Positions 1 to 12,665 of a stretch of 64,000 nt of DNA are shown here, piece after piece. The translations under genes and the position numbers were made by a program. This DNA is from Octopus vulgaris. Lineage: Eukaryota. Each line of letters starts with the position of its first letter. The first letter of the stretch is position 1. Under the pieces are notes generated by a model. The model was not told where the DNA came from, did no database searches, and saw only the letters and a list, made by a program, of their open reading frames with translations. The stretch is taken from positions 57,102,001-57,166,000 of the forward strand of contig OX597820.1 of assembly GCA_951406725.2 (NCBI GenBank), read 5' to 3'.

Positions 1-189
1 TTCCTTCAAGAAATGGAGGTTTGATTGAGATCTTGCAACATCTTGCAACATCTTCTCATGCTCAAAAATCCATGTGAAGAAACCAGAGATAGCAAACACA
101 GAACAGTTTGTTTTTTTTTATTTTAAAGCATTCGCTTGTTACAAGGTCCTTAGATCACTGAAAACGTAGGAGCTACTAGAATAAAATGG

Positions 190-660
190 ATGCTAGAAAG
201 AAGTCAATAGGTGACAATGTAAATTAGACTTAAAAGAGTGGAGGTCATATTGAAGAGGAAAAACAAGACTGTGGAAGGGAATTCCAAAGTTCAGAGGTGC
301 GAGAGAAGGAACTGGTACTGTAAAGTGCTTTATGACACTTAGGAGGTTGCACAGTATACTGATGAGAACTGGATGCAAGTCCAGTTGATTGCTGATAAGT
401 TCTTAAAGGAGGAACCAGAGAAGAGAGCTCAGCTAAACAATGTCCATGAAAATAGTTATAGAAAAGAGAAAAGGAAACCACATGACGATGATGAGAGAGT
501 GAATCCAATTTAGAAGATAGATCAGGACCAATAGCATTACAAATACGGTGTTGAATGTTGTCCAAGAGAGTTAAACTGTCAAATTTAAAAAAAAAAAAAA
601 AAATTTGGCAGGATGGAATGTTTTGGTATTATTGGTCTCTTGGTGGTTCCACAGTAAATA
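190..660 (-). mobile_element. Decayed 3' end of a LINE ORF2 (CR1/L2-group, Crack/Daphne-like)
   Basis: ORF 245..565 reads LDSLSHHRHVVSFSLFYNYFHG...SFSRTSELWNSLPQSCF, then YDLHSFKSNLH in the neighbouring frame. This is the typical post-RT C-terminus of CR1/L2-group LINEs, with frameshifts. Confidence 0.75.
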
Positions 661-1234
661 TATGCATGGCATCAGTCTACTCATTGTGCCTGTCATTATT
701 TTTCTGTTTGAAACTGGTTTTTTATAATGCTTTTTTAATCATAAATCTTTAAAATGTAACTGCTAATTTAACCTTATAACGGTGATAAGATCCCAGCAAA
801 CTGTGAATGTGATGTGACATGTTTGAGCCATATCATCATCATCATCGTCATCAATACCACCATACCATCATCACGTCATCATCATCACTGCTGCCACCAT
901 TGTCATCATCATCATCGTCATCATCATTTAACACCTGTTCTTCCATACTGCCATGAATGGGATGGTTTGATGGGAACTTGTAAGTCAGAAGACTGCACCA
1001 AGCTCTGCTGTCTGCCTTGGCACAGTTTCTATGGCTGAATGCCCTTCCTAACACCAACCACTTTACAGAGTGTACTGGGTGCTTTTTAGGTGGCACCAGT
1101 AGCAGTGAAGTCATCATGTGACTTGCAGGACAGAGCCCTAAACTGGGGGTAGTACTGTTGAGGGGCAAAAAAGGTGTATTGCATTAGAAGAGCGACATGG
1201 TTACATCAGATGGAGAGAGAGACACACACAGATA

Positions 1235-1274
<40 letters not shown>

Positions 1275-1278
<4 letters not shown>

Positions 1279-1480
1279 ATCCAAACAAGAAAGCACAAAA
1301 CAACACAACAACACGAGGACGTGGAACAGATATAGTATTATTGGACGCTCAGGAAAGAAGGAAAGAAGGAGGGTTTAACGTTTCGAGCGGAGCTCTTCGT
1401 CGGAAACATAGGAGAAGGAAAGATCCAGAGAAGGGAAGACAGAGGGAAAAAAATCGCCAACGGTACACACGAGGTCACAT
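1275..1480 (-). mobile_element. Short non-autonomous Penelope-like-derived element carrying a hammerhead-like motif
   Basis: CpG-rich island between microsatellites; contains the motif at 1373-1407. Confidence 0.5.
1373..1407 (-). ncRNA. Minimal type I hammerhead ribozyme-like motif
   Basis: Minus strand reads GUUU-CCGACGA-A-GAGC-UCC-GCUC-GAA-ACGU-U-AAAC: stem I GUUU/AAAC, core CCGACGA (one deviation from CUGANGA), stem II GAGC/GCUC, GAAA, palindromic stem III ACGU, cleavage triplet GUU. Confidence 0.6.
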
Positions 1481-1856
1481 TTTATGTATATACACACACG
1501 TGTGTATGTATGTATACATATATGATGGACTCTCCTGTCCTTAGACAACATATGACGGTTTGATAATCTCTAACCAAACAACCACACAGATGATTTGTCT
1601 ATAGTGATCAATTGTTTGTGTATACATAAGCTCACTCCCTCCATCAAATCGACATTACCTGTACAGGTGCAACTGGGTGCCACATGTCAGATGCCAAAAT
1701 GATTGCAAAGCGATGTGAAATGAAGTGCTTTGTTCAAGAACACAACACGAAGCCTGGTCTGGGAATCGAACCCATAATCTTGCAATCGTGAGTGCAACAC
1801 CTTAACCACTGAGCCATGTGCCTTCATGTGTACATATCTATCTATCTATCTATCTA

Positions 1857-1895
<39 letters not shown>

Positions 1896-1899
<4 letters not shown>

Positions 1900-2214
1900 G
1901 AAATGAAGAATGCTGACAAAATAATTTAAGTAAGGGAGAGTGTATTTAATTAGGTGAAAGTTCTTTTTACCGGTTGCGCATTTGTTATGCTTATCAAAAG
2001 ATATTTTTTAAGAGAGATAGAGTTCCTTTCTGATAGATTTTTTTCTCTTATCTCAGATAAGAGAAAAAAATCTATCAGAAAGGAACTCTATCTCTCTTAA
2101 AAAAATATCTTTTGATAAGCATAACAAATGCGCAACCGGTAAAAGAACTTTCACCTAATTAAATACACTCTCCCTTACTTAAATTATTTTGTCAGCATTT
2201 TCTTCATTTCCTTT
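1896..2214. repeat. Near-perfect ~320-bp palindrome (arms ~158 bp, 1-nt centre at 2054)
   Basis: AAAGGAAATGAAGAATGCTGACAAAATAA...TCTCTTATCT-C-AGATAAGAGA...TTATTTTGTCAGCATTTTCTTCATTTCCTTT; the arms differ only by a few homopolymer-length indels. Confidence 0.95.
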
Positions 2215-3419
2215 TTTTATATATCACAACTCGTGTTCCACATCTCCTTTTTTAAATATATATATATATATATATATGGAGTTAGGGTGGTCTTAGGAAA
2301 GGCATCCACTGTAGACACCATACCAAAATACACTCTAGGATTTGGTGCTGTCATCTGGTTTATTGTCGCCTACCAAACTGTACAACCCATGTCAGCATGG
2401 AAAATAGGCATTAAATAGTGTAACAATGATACACACAACACATAAAGAAACATGTTTGTATATCTGTGAACTTAAATTCCATGAGACCCCTTTCGTGTTT
2501 TGCTTTGGGTGAGTGGAGAAATTTGATTGTGTCCAAATGTTGTCTTTCTTTGTAAACAATGTGTGCATCCATGCGCTATCTTCAATTAAAATAATTCAAT
2601 TTCATGTTGAAAATCTTGTGTGCAAGTAGATATATTTTTTTGGGGTGTGTTAGTTGTAAAATGTGTACAAGCACATAAGCACACATCTCTGGGAGAGCAA
2701 TGCATCGGGGACATTTTGGCAGCTTAAGTTGTTTTCCAAGATCCCGTGCATAAACAGTGAAAGACTTGACTAATTATTTTGATGCATAGAAGAATTGGTC
2801 TTGGTGCAATGGATTTTTATGACACATGGTTGACAGCTGGAAAATCATTTCTCAAATACCTGCATAACATTGTTTTGTGTGTGTGTGTGTACGAGAGAGA
2901 GAGTATGTATGTATGTATGTGTGTGTATATATATATATATATATACATATATATGTATTATGTGTATACATATATATACATATGCATACATACACATACA
3001 CACACACATATATATACATATATATATATTTGAATGAACGTATATATGTTTGTGCTTGTGCATGTATGTATGTATGTATGTTTATGTATGTATATTTGTG
3101 TATGTATATGTGTTTGTGTATAGATGTGTGTTTGCATATATATGTATGCGTGCATGTGTGTATACTTACATATGAGTATATATATATGAGTGTGTGCGGG
3201 GTCGGGGTTGAGTATTGTCTTCATTTAACTATATTGGCTTCAGTATGATGGTGCTCTTTCCCTGGACAGAAATAACTTTTGTGATGAAGATGTTCTCTCT
3301 AATGGCACAAATCACTCATCCTTGAAATTACAGTGAAATCTTGTCTTTTTGACACTGGGCATAAAAAAAATAAAAAACAAAAAATTTAATAAATAAATAA
3401 AAACAACCTCCTTCAGTTA

Positions 3420-3657
3420 TATTGAGTTACTGACCTCAATATTTTCCATTCCAAATATAGCATTCTTTTGTACAAAGCTTCTAAGTGTGGAATATGGTTT
3501 TGTTTTGTTTCATCCACTTCACTTTGCCTGATTAACAAAAGATAGGGACCACTCCATAATCCTTGAGCACATGTTTGACATGTTCAGTCAGCCTTTTTAT
3601 CATACTCTTAACATAAGGAGTATTCAATTTTTTGGTATTTTTAGTCACCGGAAAAAG
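3420..3657 (-). mobile_element. Possible decayed Penelope-like element ORF fragment (RT-to-GIY-YIG linker)
   Basis: PYVKSMIKRLTEHVKHVLKDYGVVPIF resembles the PY[IV]xGxSExIxxxLxxYxIxxxF linker of PLEs; short and degenerate. Confidence 0.35.
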
Positions 3658-4996
3658 CAAAAACTCTGTGTGTGTGTATGTTTGTATGTGTATATAAATG
3701 TCATTCCATGTGTTGTTTAACACTGGTAAAGATAGTGTCTTTGTCCAGTAAGCAAAAAGCCCCATGTTTTCAGTTTTCAGAATGTAAGAACCAGAGAAAT
3801 GAAAAAATGAAAAAAAAAATACTTTACTTGAAAACAGGTAAAGGTTGGTGAGTGGAAGAGCATTCAGTCATAGCAAATCTTACTCAGTACATTTTGTTTT
3901 ACTTTCTATGAAATGATAGACACACAAAACTGAACAAAGAATTGAATGAATTTATGCAATGAGTTCAATCTTCCAAGGTCGAATTTGTACTTAGTCCTTC
4001 AGAAGATCAATAAAATAAAGTATCATTCAAGTACTAGAGCTGGTTGATATTACTAAAATTTATTGAAGATATGAATGGAATTATAATAGATGAATAAAAA
4101 TTATAAAAGATGAGTAAAAAGATTAAAACATTAAGTTTTACCAAAACTGTATTCTAATGTCTGAGTATCCATTTCTGTTGCTAACCTCTGACAAAACTCT
4201 GTGTATATTCTACATAAGAATACTGAGAAACTACAGTTACTGCACATACTTATACACACATACTTATACATACACATCTGACCACACACACATTCAGACA
4301 CACACACACGTGCACACTCACATGTACACACATCTAGACAAATCAACGAAGGAGCTGTTACATAGTCATTCAAATTGCTAGGCATGGCTGCCAAATCTCC
4401 TTCAAATCACACTGTCAAAAATTGAAGAGTATACTGAATAATGTGTTACTGGATGTATCATGTCTGAATATAAGATGGAATGGTGACAGCTGGAATGTCT
4501 TTGATCAAAGTTCAGCTCAGTCAGAACTGATCTGGACCAAAACAACAACAACAACACCATGGACTGCATTTGGTTTATCTGGTTGATTGACAACAGATGA
4601 AGAACCTCTATGGAGTTGCTTGACTGGCTAGAAATAGCAATCGAATTTCATCCTGCAGTGTTAGAAAACGATACATTAGATAATGAGGTTCTGTGTTTTA
4701 TGTACCTAGAGGATAAGATTGGATGATCATGGTTGGAATTCCTTTGGTTGTAAGTTTCTTCATAGGGATTGACCAAGAGCTTAGCAATAACTGGCCAGGC
4801 AAACTGTAAAGCAACACCATCCCTACTTGAATCTTGAACTTTCCTCTTCTTATTTTATTATATTGATTGCTTCTCACACCTGTCTTAACTGCATTATCAC
4901 AATGTTAAATCTATCTTCTTCGGAACTGCAGGCACCCCATCTACATTTTTGGAACCTCGTTTTCTCCCTACAAGCATGAAATCTACAGATTTGGTT

Positions 4997-5430
4997 CAGG
5001 CATAGCTGTGTGGTAAGACGTTTGCGTCACGACTATATGGTTGTGGGCTCAGTCCTACTGCATGGCACCTTGGGCAAGTGTCTTGTATTATAGCCTCAGG
5101 CAAATCAAAGCCATGTGAATGGATTTGGTAGATGGAAACTGAAAGAAGGCCATTGTATATGTGTGTGAGTGTGTGGGTGTATATACGTGTGTGTGTTTGT
5201 GTCTTTGTGTATTTGTGTCTGTGTTTGTTCCCCACCACTATTTGATAACTGATGTTAGTGTGTTTATGTTCTTGTAAGCTAGCAGTTTGGCAAAAGAGAC
5301 TGATAGAATAAACACCAGACTTTGACTAAAACGAATAACTACTGGAGCCAATTCATATTATTAAAATTTTTTACAAGGTGGTGCACTAGCATGGCTGCAA
5401 TCTAATAACTGAAACAAGGAAAAGATAAAA
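4997..5430 (+). mobile_element. SINE family B copy (tRNA-like head, CORE-like CCTTGGGCAAGTGTCTT, internal microsatellite, tail ending ACTGAAACAAG)
   Basis: Matches many other copies in the window, e.g. 28690-29110 and 37398-37775. Confidence 0.75.
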
Positions 5431-5499
5431 AGATAAAAGGTTAAAGCAAACATCAACCAACCATAATCACCATCATCATTATCATCATCATCATCATCC

Positions 5500-5790
5500 T
5501 CCTCCTCCTCCTTTAACGTCTGTTGTCCATACTGGCATGAGTTGGATGGTTTGACCAGAGCTGGTAAACTGGGAGGTTGCACTAGACTCCAGTCTGATTT
5601 GTCATGGTTCCCTATGGCTGGATGTCCTTCCTAATGCCAACCACTCTGAGAGTGTAATCGGTGCTTTTACATGCCATTGGCACAGGTGCTATTTGTGTGA
5701 CACCAGTATTTTCCACAACTGTGATTTTGTTTGACTTGATGGGTCTTCTTCTCAAGCACAACGTAATGCCAAAGGTCTTGGTCATTGCCT
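5500..5790 (-). mobile_element. Family C / RTE LINE 3' end with (GAT)n tail
   Basis: Contains the GTTGGCATTAGGAAGG.CATCCAGCC module and encodes DQDLWHYVVLEKK, like the RTE C-terminus ending at 14343. Confidence 0.7.
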
Positions 5791-5986
5791 CCATGAGGCC
5801 CATTGCTCGAAAGGAACCCGGCCACTTTGTCTCCGTGAGGCCCAATGTTTGAAAAGAACTCAACCACTATGTCTCTGTGTAGCTTGATGCTTGAAAGGAA
5901 CTCGGCCACTTTGCCTCCATGAGACCCAATGCTGCAAAGAAACTTGACCACTTTACCTCCGTGAGGCCCTACACTTGAAAGGAACA
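5790..5986. repeat. 42-bp tandem repeat, ~4.7 diverged copies
   Basis: Unit approximately CTCCGTGAGGCCCAATGTTTGAAAGGAACTCGGCCACTTTGY. Confidence 0.85.
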
Positions 5987-6511
5987 CAGAGAATCCTGAT
6001 AGATGGTGACACTGAACAGATATGGTGTTTTCATATGCTTTTACCAAAAGAAAAAATTTTCTCTATGGTAACTGCAGAGAATAACAACATTCTGGAAAGC
6101 AGACTTGTGCAAAGGTATTAAGCATTAAGTCATGTCCTTCACAGAACAAATAATATGAAAGTCACACACATATGTATTACAGATATATATATATATATTT
6201 ATATCTATTATAGACGTGACTGTGTTTGAGTTTTAATCTGTTTCTATTAACGATCTTTCAGATTTCTTTATTAGCCCTTTATGTTTAGTTTGGAACAATA
6301 ATGTTTCTATGTCCATTAACGTTTATTGATCTTGTTAGTCGAGGTCTAGGAATATTATTGTTCCATACCACATATAAAGGATTAATAAAGAAATATGAAA
6401 AATAAAATAGAAAAATACGTTCATAAGAAAAGCTTAAACACAAAAACAATCGTGTTTTTAACGTATGTGTTATGTTTGAAAGTAAAACTGTCTGCTACAT
6501 ATGTGTATATG

Positions 6512-6562
<51 letters not shown>

Positions 6563-9500
6563 ATGTGTGTTTGTGTATGTGTGTATTGCATGTGTATGTG
6601 TGTGTATGTATATGTATGTGTCTATGTTTGTGTGTGTAGTGATCTCTCTCTCTCCCTCTCTGTCTGTCTGTCTCCCTCTCTCTCTCTCTCTATCTATATA
6701 TATATATATATATGTGTCAGCAATTTCTACAACCTGGCTGTCTACTGGCACAAATCAGTCAATGTTGACTGTATTTTAGATAAAGCTATAGTTTTATAAG
6801 ATCTGTTCAGAGTTGCCTCTCTTTGGTATCTCCCATTGATAAGAGCTAAGGAACTAGAAACACTGATGCCTGGGAATCCTGATAGACAGCAACACTGAAC
6901 AAATATGGTGTTTTTATACCTTTTTACCATAAGAGATAATTTTCTCCTCTATGGTAACTGCAATGAAACCTTTTAGCAGTTGAAATATATCACAAACATA
7001 TTTTAACCTAAACTCTGCTTATGTCTGTTGGTGCTAACATATATATATATATATATATATATAGGTGTTTTGTATATAAGAATAGACAAACAAACATAGT
7101 CAAATATTAAATAAGAAAGTATTCAATATGTATATGTAGGTTTTAAGATGTATTTTTCAACAGAGAAACGTTTGACAGTGAATTTCACTAGTGGACTAAT
7201 AAGGAACTGTTAATAGTTTTGAAGTCATTCACAATCTTTTCTGTGGTAAATCTGCATCATCATTCTTATTGACGTCCACTTTTACATCCTTGTATGGGTC
7301 AGAAGGGTTTCATTGAGGCAGATATTCTACGACTGAATATCAACCCTCCTGTCATTAACCCTCACCTGTTCCCAAGCAAAGTTATTTATCCCCTGTGGTA
7401 TAAAGGCAGAACTTTTAGCATGCCAAACAAAAGGCTTAGTGGAATTTCATTCGTCTGTACATTCTGAGTTTAAAATCTGCCAAGGTCGACTTTACCTTTC
7501 ATGCTTTTGGGGTCGATAAAATAAGTACCAGTTGACCACTGGGGTCAATGTAATCGACTTACCCCCTCCCAACAAACCTACTGGCTGTAAACCAAAATTT
7601 GAAACCAACATATCCTCCATGGTCAGACATTTTTTACAATAGATTAGAAAGGAATGATGCTTGTCTAAAACCATCATCCAACATCAAGACAAAGACACAG
7701 AAACACACACACACACACACGTACATAGCTGATGGGCTTCTTTCAGTTTCCATTGAACCAAATCCACTAACAACGTTTCCCCTCTGTTCCTGACTCTATT
7801 TATCTAGCACTCTCCTTTCACATCTTATGAATTTACTTATCTACCCTCTCACTCTGACCAATCCTCTGCACTGCTTCTCTTATATTAACCTTCCAGTAAT
7901 ATTCCCTGTTTATATCTTCAACACCATTTTCTTCTCTTTTCTAACTGGGGTACACATATATCTCCACATAAAGACACCTGTTTCTGTCCCTCTACTATGC
8001 TTTGATCTCTCGTCACCATGCATTAAGCCATGTACCTCATTACTACACCCTACCACACTGTGGTATTGAACCTGAAATCACAGGCTTGCAAAGCAAACTT
8101 CTTAGCCACACAGCATTGAAGAGTAGGCAGAAAATGCTCTGCAAATCAGGTCAGCGAAATGAGCTTTAAAGGTTTGATTCTCAAATGTAAACTTTTGGAA
8201 ACAAATTCTTTGATAGGAAAATAATTAACTTCTGCACAGGAATCAAACATCGTGTGTCTCTTGTGTGTTTGCCTTCTGTTATAATTCCATACACTTCCAG
8301 GAAGCTTTATGGAGATATTAAACTCTGCTCAGATGATATTTTATTCTATTGATCCCAGAAGGATCAAAGGAAGAATTGATCTCATCAGGATTTAAACTGA
8401 TAATGTAAAGGGTTATAACTAAACAGTGCAATTTGTCTGAAGATCTGATTCCACCAATTCACCCTTTAAGCATATGTGTTAACCATTAAATCAACAAGAC
8501 ATTACCATTGCACCAAGAATCTTGGGCTATTTATTTTTTTTTTAATATTTAGTATTTTTATATTTATTTCTTATACCACACCTCTGTTTTATTAACCATC
8601 TTTCACACACTCTCTCTCTCTCTCCCTTGCGACTCTACATCGATGTCTATCACTTACACTTCCTATGGGTATATCACAACCGCAATACATCTGTTGCTCT
8701 TTCTTATTCCATCAAATTGCTCATACTCTTTCTCTATTTTGCTTCCTTAACAACAAGTAACTCTCTCTCTCTCTCTCTCTCATTATTCCTTTCCCTATCA
8801 TACCCTTACCCCTATCACACTCATGTCCATCATACTCTCTTCTTTTATTCTTGTGGTCCTTACTCTCATTTGCATTGATCATCTTGCTCAAATCTGTTTC
8901 AAAACAATGAAGGTAGTGCAGAGAGGAGAGAACTCAATAGTCTTGCAGGAGACAAGGCAACCACTCCAGTGCTGGTGCCATGCTATAAAATACATTCAGT
9001 TCAATCTTTTGTCATTGGTAAATTAATGGAGACAACATAGAGTAGAGATTACTCTTTAGTATTGTTGAATTCATGACAACCTCCAGAACACTGATACTAT
9101 GACAAAGGGCTCGTAGAACATTCTGTAAAGTAGTCAGTATTAGGAAGGACATCTAGACATAGAAAACCACATGGAAAATGGAATGTATGGGTGAGGCAGA
9201 GTCTGTTGACCGTGGAATAGGAAATGTTTAAACTATGATGAAACGTCTAATGCATACTGGTCTGAAAAGCAGATGTAAAATGATGATGTTGTTGATGACG
9301 ATGATGCTGACACCAATGGTGATGATGACAATGTTGATGATGATGACAACTACGATGATGTTGATGATGATAATGATGATGACAATAATGAAGATTGTTT
9401 CTAGCAAGACAATTTCTGAAATATATAAGAGAGTGCCAGTTGATGTCATCAAACCTGGTACTCAACTGGTAGCGTGTACTTTGTTAATCCTGAATGGATG

Positions 9501-9992
9501 AAAGGCAATGTCACCCTTGGCAGGATTTGAACTCAGAATATAAAGAGCTGAAAGATATACTGCAAAGCAGTCTGCAAATCCAAACGATGTCGTTGTTTGT
9601 TCCTTCTTGAGCCATACTTGGTTCATAAGTGCCAGTTTTCCGGTTTCCTTGGCATATAGGTTCCCCACCTGGATGAGATGCCAGTCCATCTCAGGTGTGT
9701 TGCTAGATGCAGGAGGAAAGAGTGAGAGAAAGTTGTGGTGAAGGAGTCTGCAGAAGTTCGCCATTACTTTCTGCTGGAGCAGTGTTGAACTTAGGTGTTT
9801 CATTCATAAACACACACATCACCTTGTCTGAGATTTGAACCCGTGATCCCTTGACTATGAGTCCACTACTCTAACCACTAGGCCATGTACCTCCATTGAT
9901 CTAAACAATAATGTCATACATTTTGAACATGCTAAATAAATCAATAAAATATAGCATGAAAAACTTCAAAACCAGAATAAAAATGATATGCT

Positions 9993-10170
9993 GTTGTGTC
10001 TGGGGTGAGTCATTTTCTTTTTGTGCCTTATAATTTAACACACTCACTGGTAAAATTTCCACTTATTCCTTATTTTCATTTTCCTAAAATCTTCGTTGCC
10101 TCTTGCAACCTTTTCAATAGTCTTGACTATTATAAGGCACAAAAAGAAAATGACTCTCCCCAGACACAAC
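9993..10170. mobile_element. Element with 42-bp inverted arms (9993-10034 / 10129-10170) enclosing a hammerhead-like motif
   Basis: GTTGTGTCTGGGGTGAGTCATTTTCTTTTTGTGCCTTATAAT vs ATTATAAGGCACAAAAAGAAAATGACTCTCCCCAGACACAAC (1 mismatch). The arm sequence recurs at ~59093-59147. Confidence 0.8.
10084..10120 (-). ncRNA. Degenerate minimal hammerhead-like motif (U3-A8 variant)
   Basis: Minus strand reads CUA-UUGAAAA-G-GUUGC-AAGAG-GCAAC-GAA-GAUU-U-UAG; A15.1 is G in this copy. Confidence 0.5.
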
Positions 10171-10279
10171 AAAATATGCTTCAACACATGAACTCACATA
10201 AAGAATCTTGCAAACCAAATCCAAAAACGAAAAATAATATGATTCATACAATAAAGTTGTATTGCAGAATTAGATAAAG

Positions 10280-10694
10280 GTGGCGAGCTGGCAGAAACGT
10301 TTCCACGCTGGGCAAAATGCTTAGTGGTATTTCGTCTGCCGTTACGTTCTGAGTTCAAATTCCGTTGAGGTCGACTTTGCCTTTCATCCTTTTGGAATCG
10401 ATTAAATAAGTACCAGTTACACACTGGGGTCGATATAATCGACTTAATCCGTTTGTCTGTCCTTGTTTGTCCTCTCTGTGTTTAGCCCCTTGTGGGTAGT
10501 AAAGGAACAGGTATTTCATCTGCCACTACGTTCTAAGTTCAAATTCTGCCAAGGTTGACTTTGCTTGTCATCCTTTCGGGGTTGATTAAATAAGTACCAG
10601 TTGCGCACTGGGGTCGATATAATCGACTTAATCCGTTTGTCTGTCCTTGTTTGTCCCCCTCTGTGTGTAGCCCCTTGAGGGCAGTAAAGAAATA
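10280..10694 (+). mobile_element. SINE family A (tRNA head plus Meta-domain-like body), internally duplicated, with 14-bp TSD
   Basis: GGCGAGCTGGCAGAAACG head; GGTCGACTTTGCCTTTCATCCTTT...AATAAGTACCAG body repeated with period 184; AGAATTAGATAAAG at 10266-10279 and 10695-10708. Confidence 0.9.
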
Positions 10695-11269
10695 AGAATT
10701 AGATAAAGTTTCATAACTAGCACAGAACAAATATTACTCTTTGGGAAAGGACCAGGAAGAAGTATATATGCCTGTATTTCTTTTGTTCTTTTACTTGTTT
10801 CAGTCATTTGAATGTGGCCAGGCTGGAGCACTGCCTTCAGTTGAGCAAATCGACGCGAGGGCTTATTCTTTGTAAGCCTAGTACTTATTCTATTGGCCTA
10901 TTTTGCCGAACCGCTAAGTTACGGGGAGGTAAACACACCAGCATCAGTTGTGAAGCAATGTTGTGGGGGGCAAACACAGATACACAAACATATACATACA
11001 TACATATATATTCATCTAACCCATGTTAGCATTGAAAATCAGACATAAATGCTAATGCATGAATACAGGGAGAGATCTAAGAGACCAGAGAGAGAATCCT
11101 ACCATGGCATGTGTTACAAAAGTAATGTAAACAGTTGTTGTTTCCCCAGACAGGAAATTCCCATCCATGCCTCATTGCTGTAAGCTAATCTAACATAAGA
11201 TGAACCAGAACATTGTGTCCAGGCCATGTGCACTGCAGTAATTTTGAGAAGATCAATGTTTAGAAGCAT

Positions 11270-11512
11270 AGCATATGTGTGTATATATACATGCCTGTGT
11301 GCCTCTCTGTGTTTGTGTGCATGTGTGTGCCATGCACATGTATTTATATAGTTATATCTTTATATGTATATATATATATATATATATGCATTTATGTATG
11401 TATGTATGTAGGTATGCATGTATGTATGTATGTATGTATGTATGTATGTATATGTGTGTGTGTATACACATATACATATATATATATACACATATATATA
11501 TATATATACATA

Positions 11513-11564
<52 letters not shown>

Positions 11565-12093
11565 GACATATACATGCATGTATACTTATATATATGCATA
11601 TAAATATATATGTGTGTGTGTATGAATGTGTGTGTGCACATATTTGTGCACATGTTTGTGTGGATGCGTGAGTATATAAGCATGTATGCACGTCTCAGTG
11701 TGTAAATATGTCTGAGTATGTACGTATGCATATGTATATATATGTATATATTTATGCACACACACACACACGCATTCGCACATGCACACATGTACACATT
11801 AAGAGGAAGAAAGAAATCATGAGAGTGTGAGTGAAAGGGAGAGAAGGAAATGAATAACAACTCCAGCTAAGACCTGAAACTTAATATATCCTGACATACA
11901 GCAATTTTCATTCTGTATTAATGGAAGATTATCAATTCGACAACTTGTCCCAAGACCACTTCAAAAGAAGTGCCAAGTGCTGAGTTAATTAAAAATCTAT
12001 AAAAATGTTTAACTATGCAAATCAATAAACTCCCACTTCACTTCTGTTTTAAAATAAAACAAAAATATAATATATATATAAATATATTTGCAC

Positions 12094-12134
<41 letters not shown>

Positions 12135-12180
12135 TACTCACAGACATACATACATGCATATATATATATGCTTATATACA

Positions 12181-12213
<33 letters not shown>

Positions 12214-12509
12214 GTGTGTGTGTTTACATATATACATGCATACATATATATGCACACACACACATATTTATACATACATAAGTATGTACATATACAGTAC
12301 ACATGTACATATACAATACACGTGTACATATATAGTACACACAAACACATATATACATACATACATACACATGTATATGTATATGGATATAATATATATA
12401 TGTGTATGTATATATATATATGTCTCTATATATATGTGTGTGTGTATATATATGTATATATATGCATGTACGTATATAAACACATATATGAATATTTATA
12501 CACACACAC

Positions 12510-12579
<70 letters not shown>

Positions 12580-12665
12580 ATATATATATATATACATCCA
12601 TATATATATATATATCATTATTATCATTATTATTATTATTATTATTATTATCATCATCATTATTA
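11270..12665. repeat. Compound (TA)/(CA)/(TATG) microsatellite tracts (11270-11800, 12070-12665)
   Basis: Direct inspection. Confidence 0.95.
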
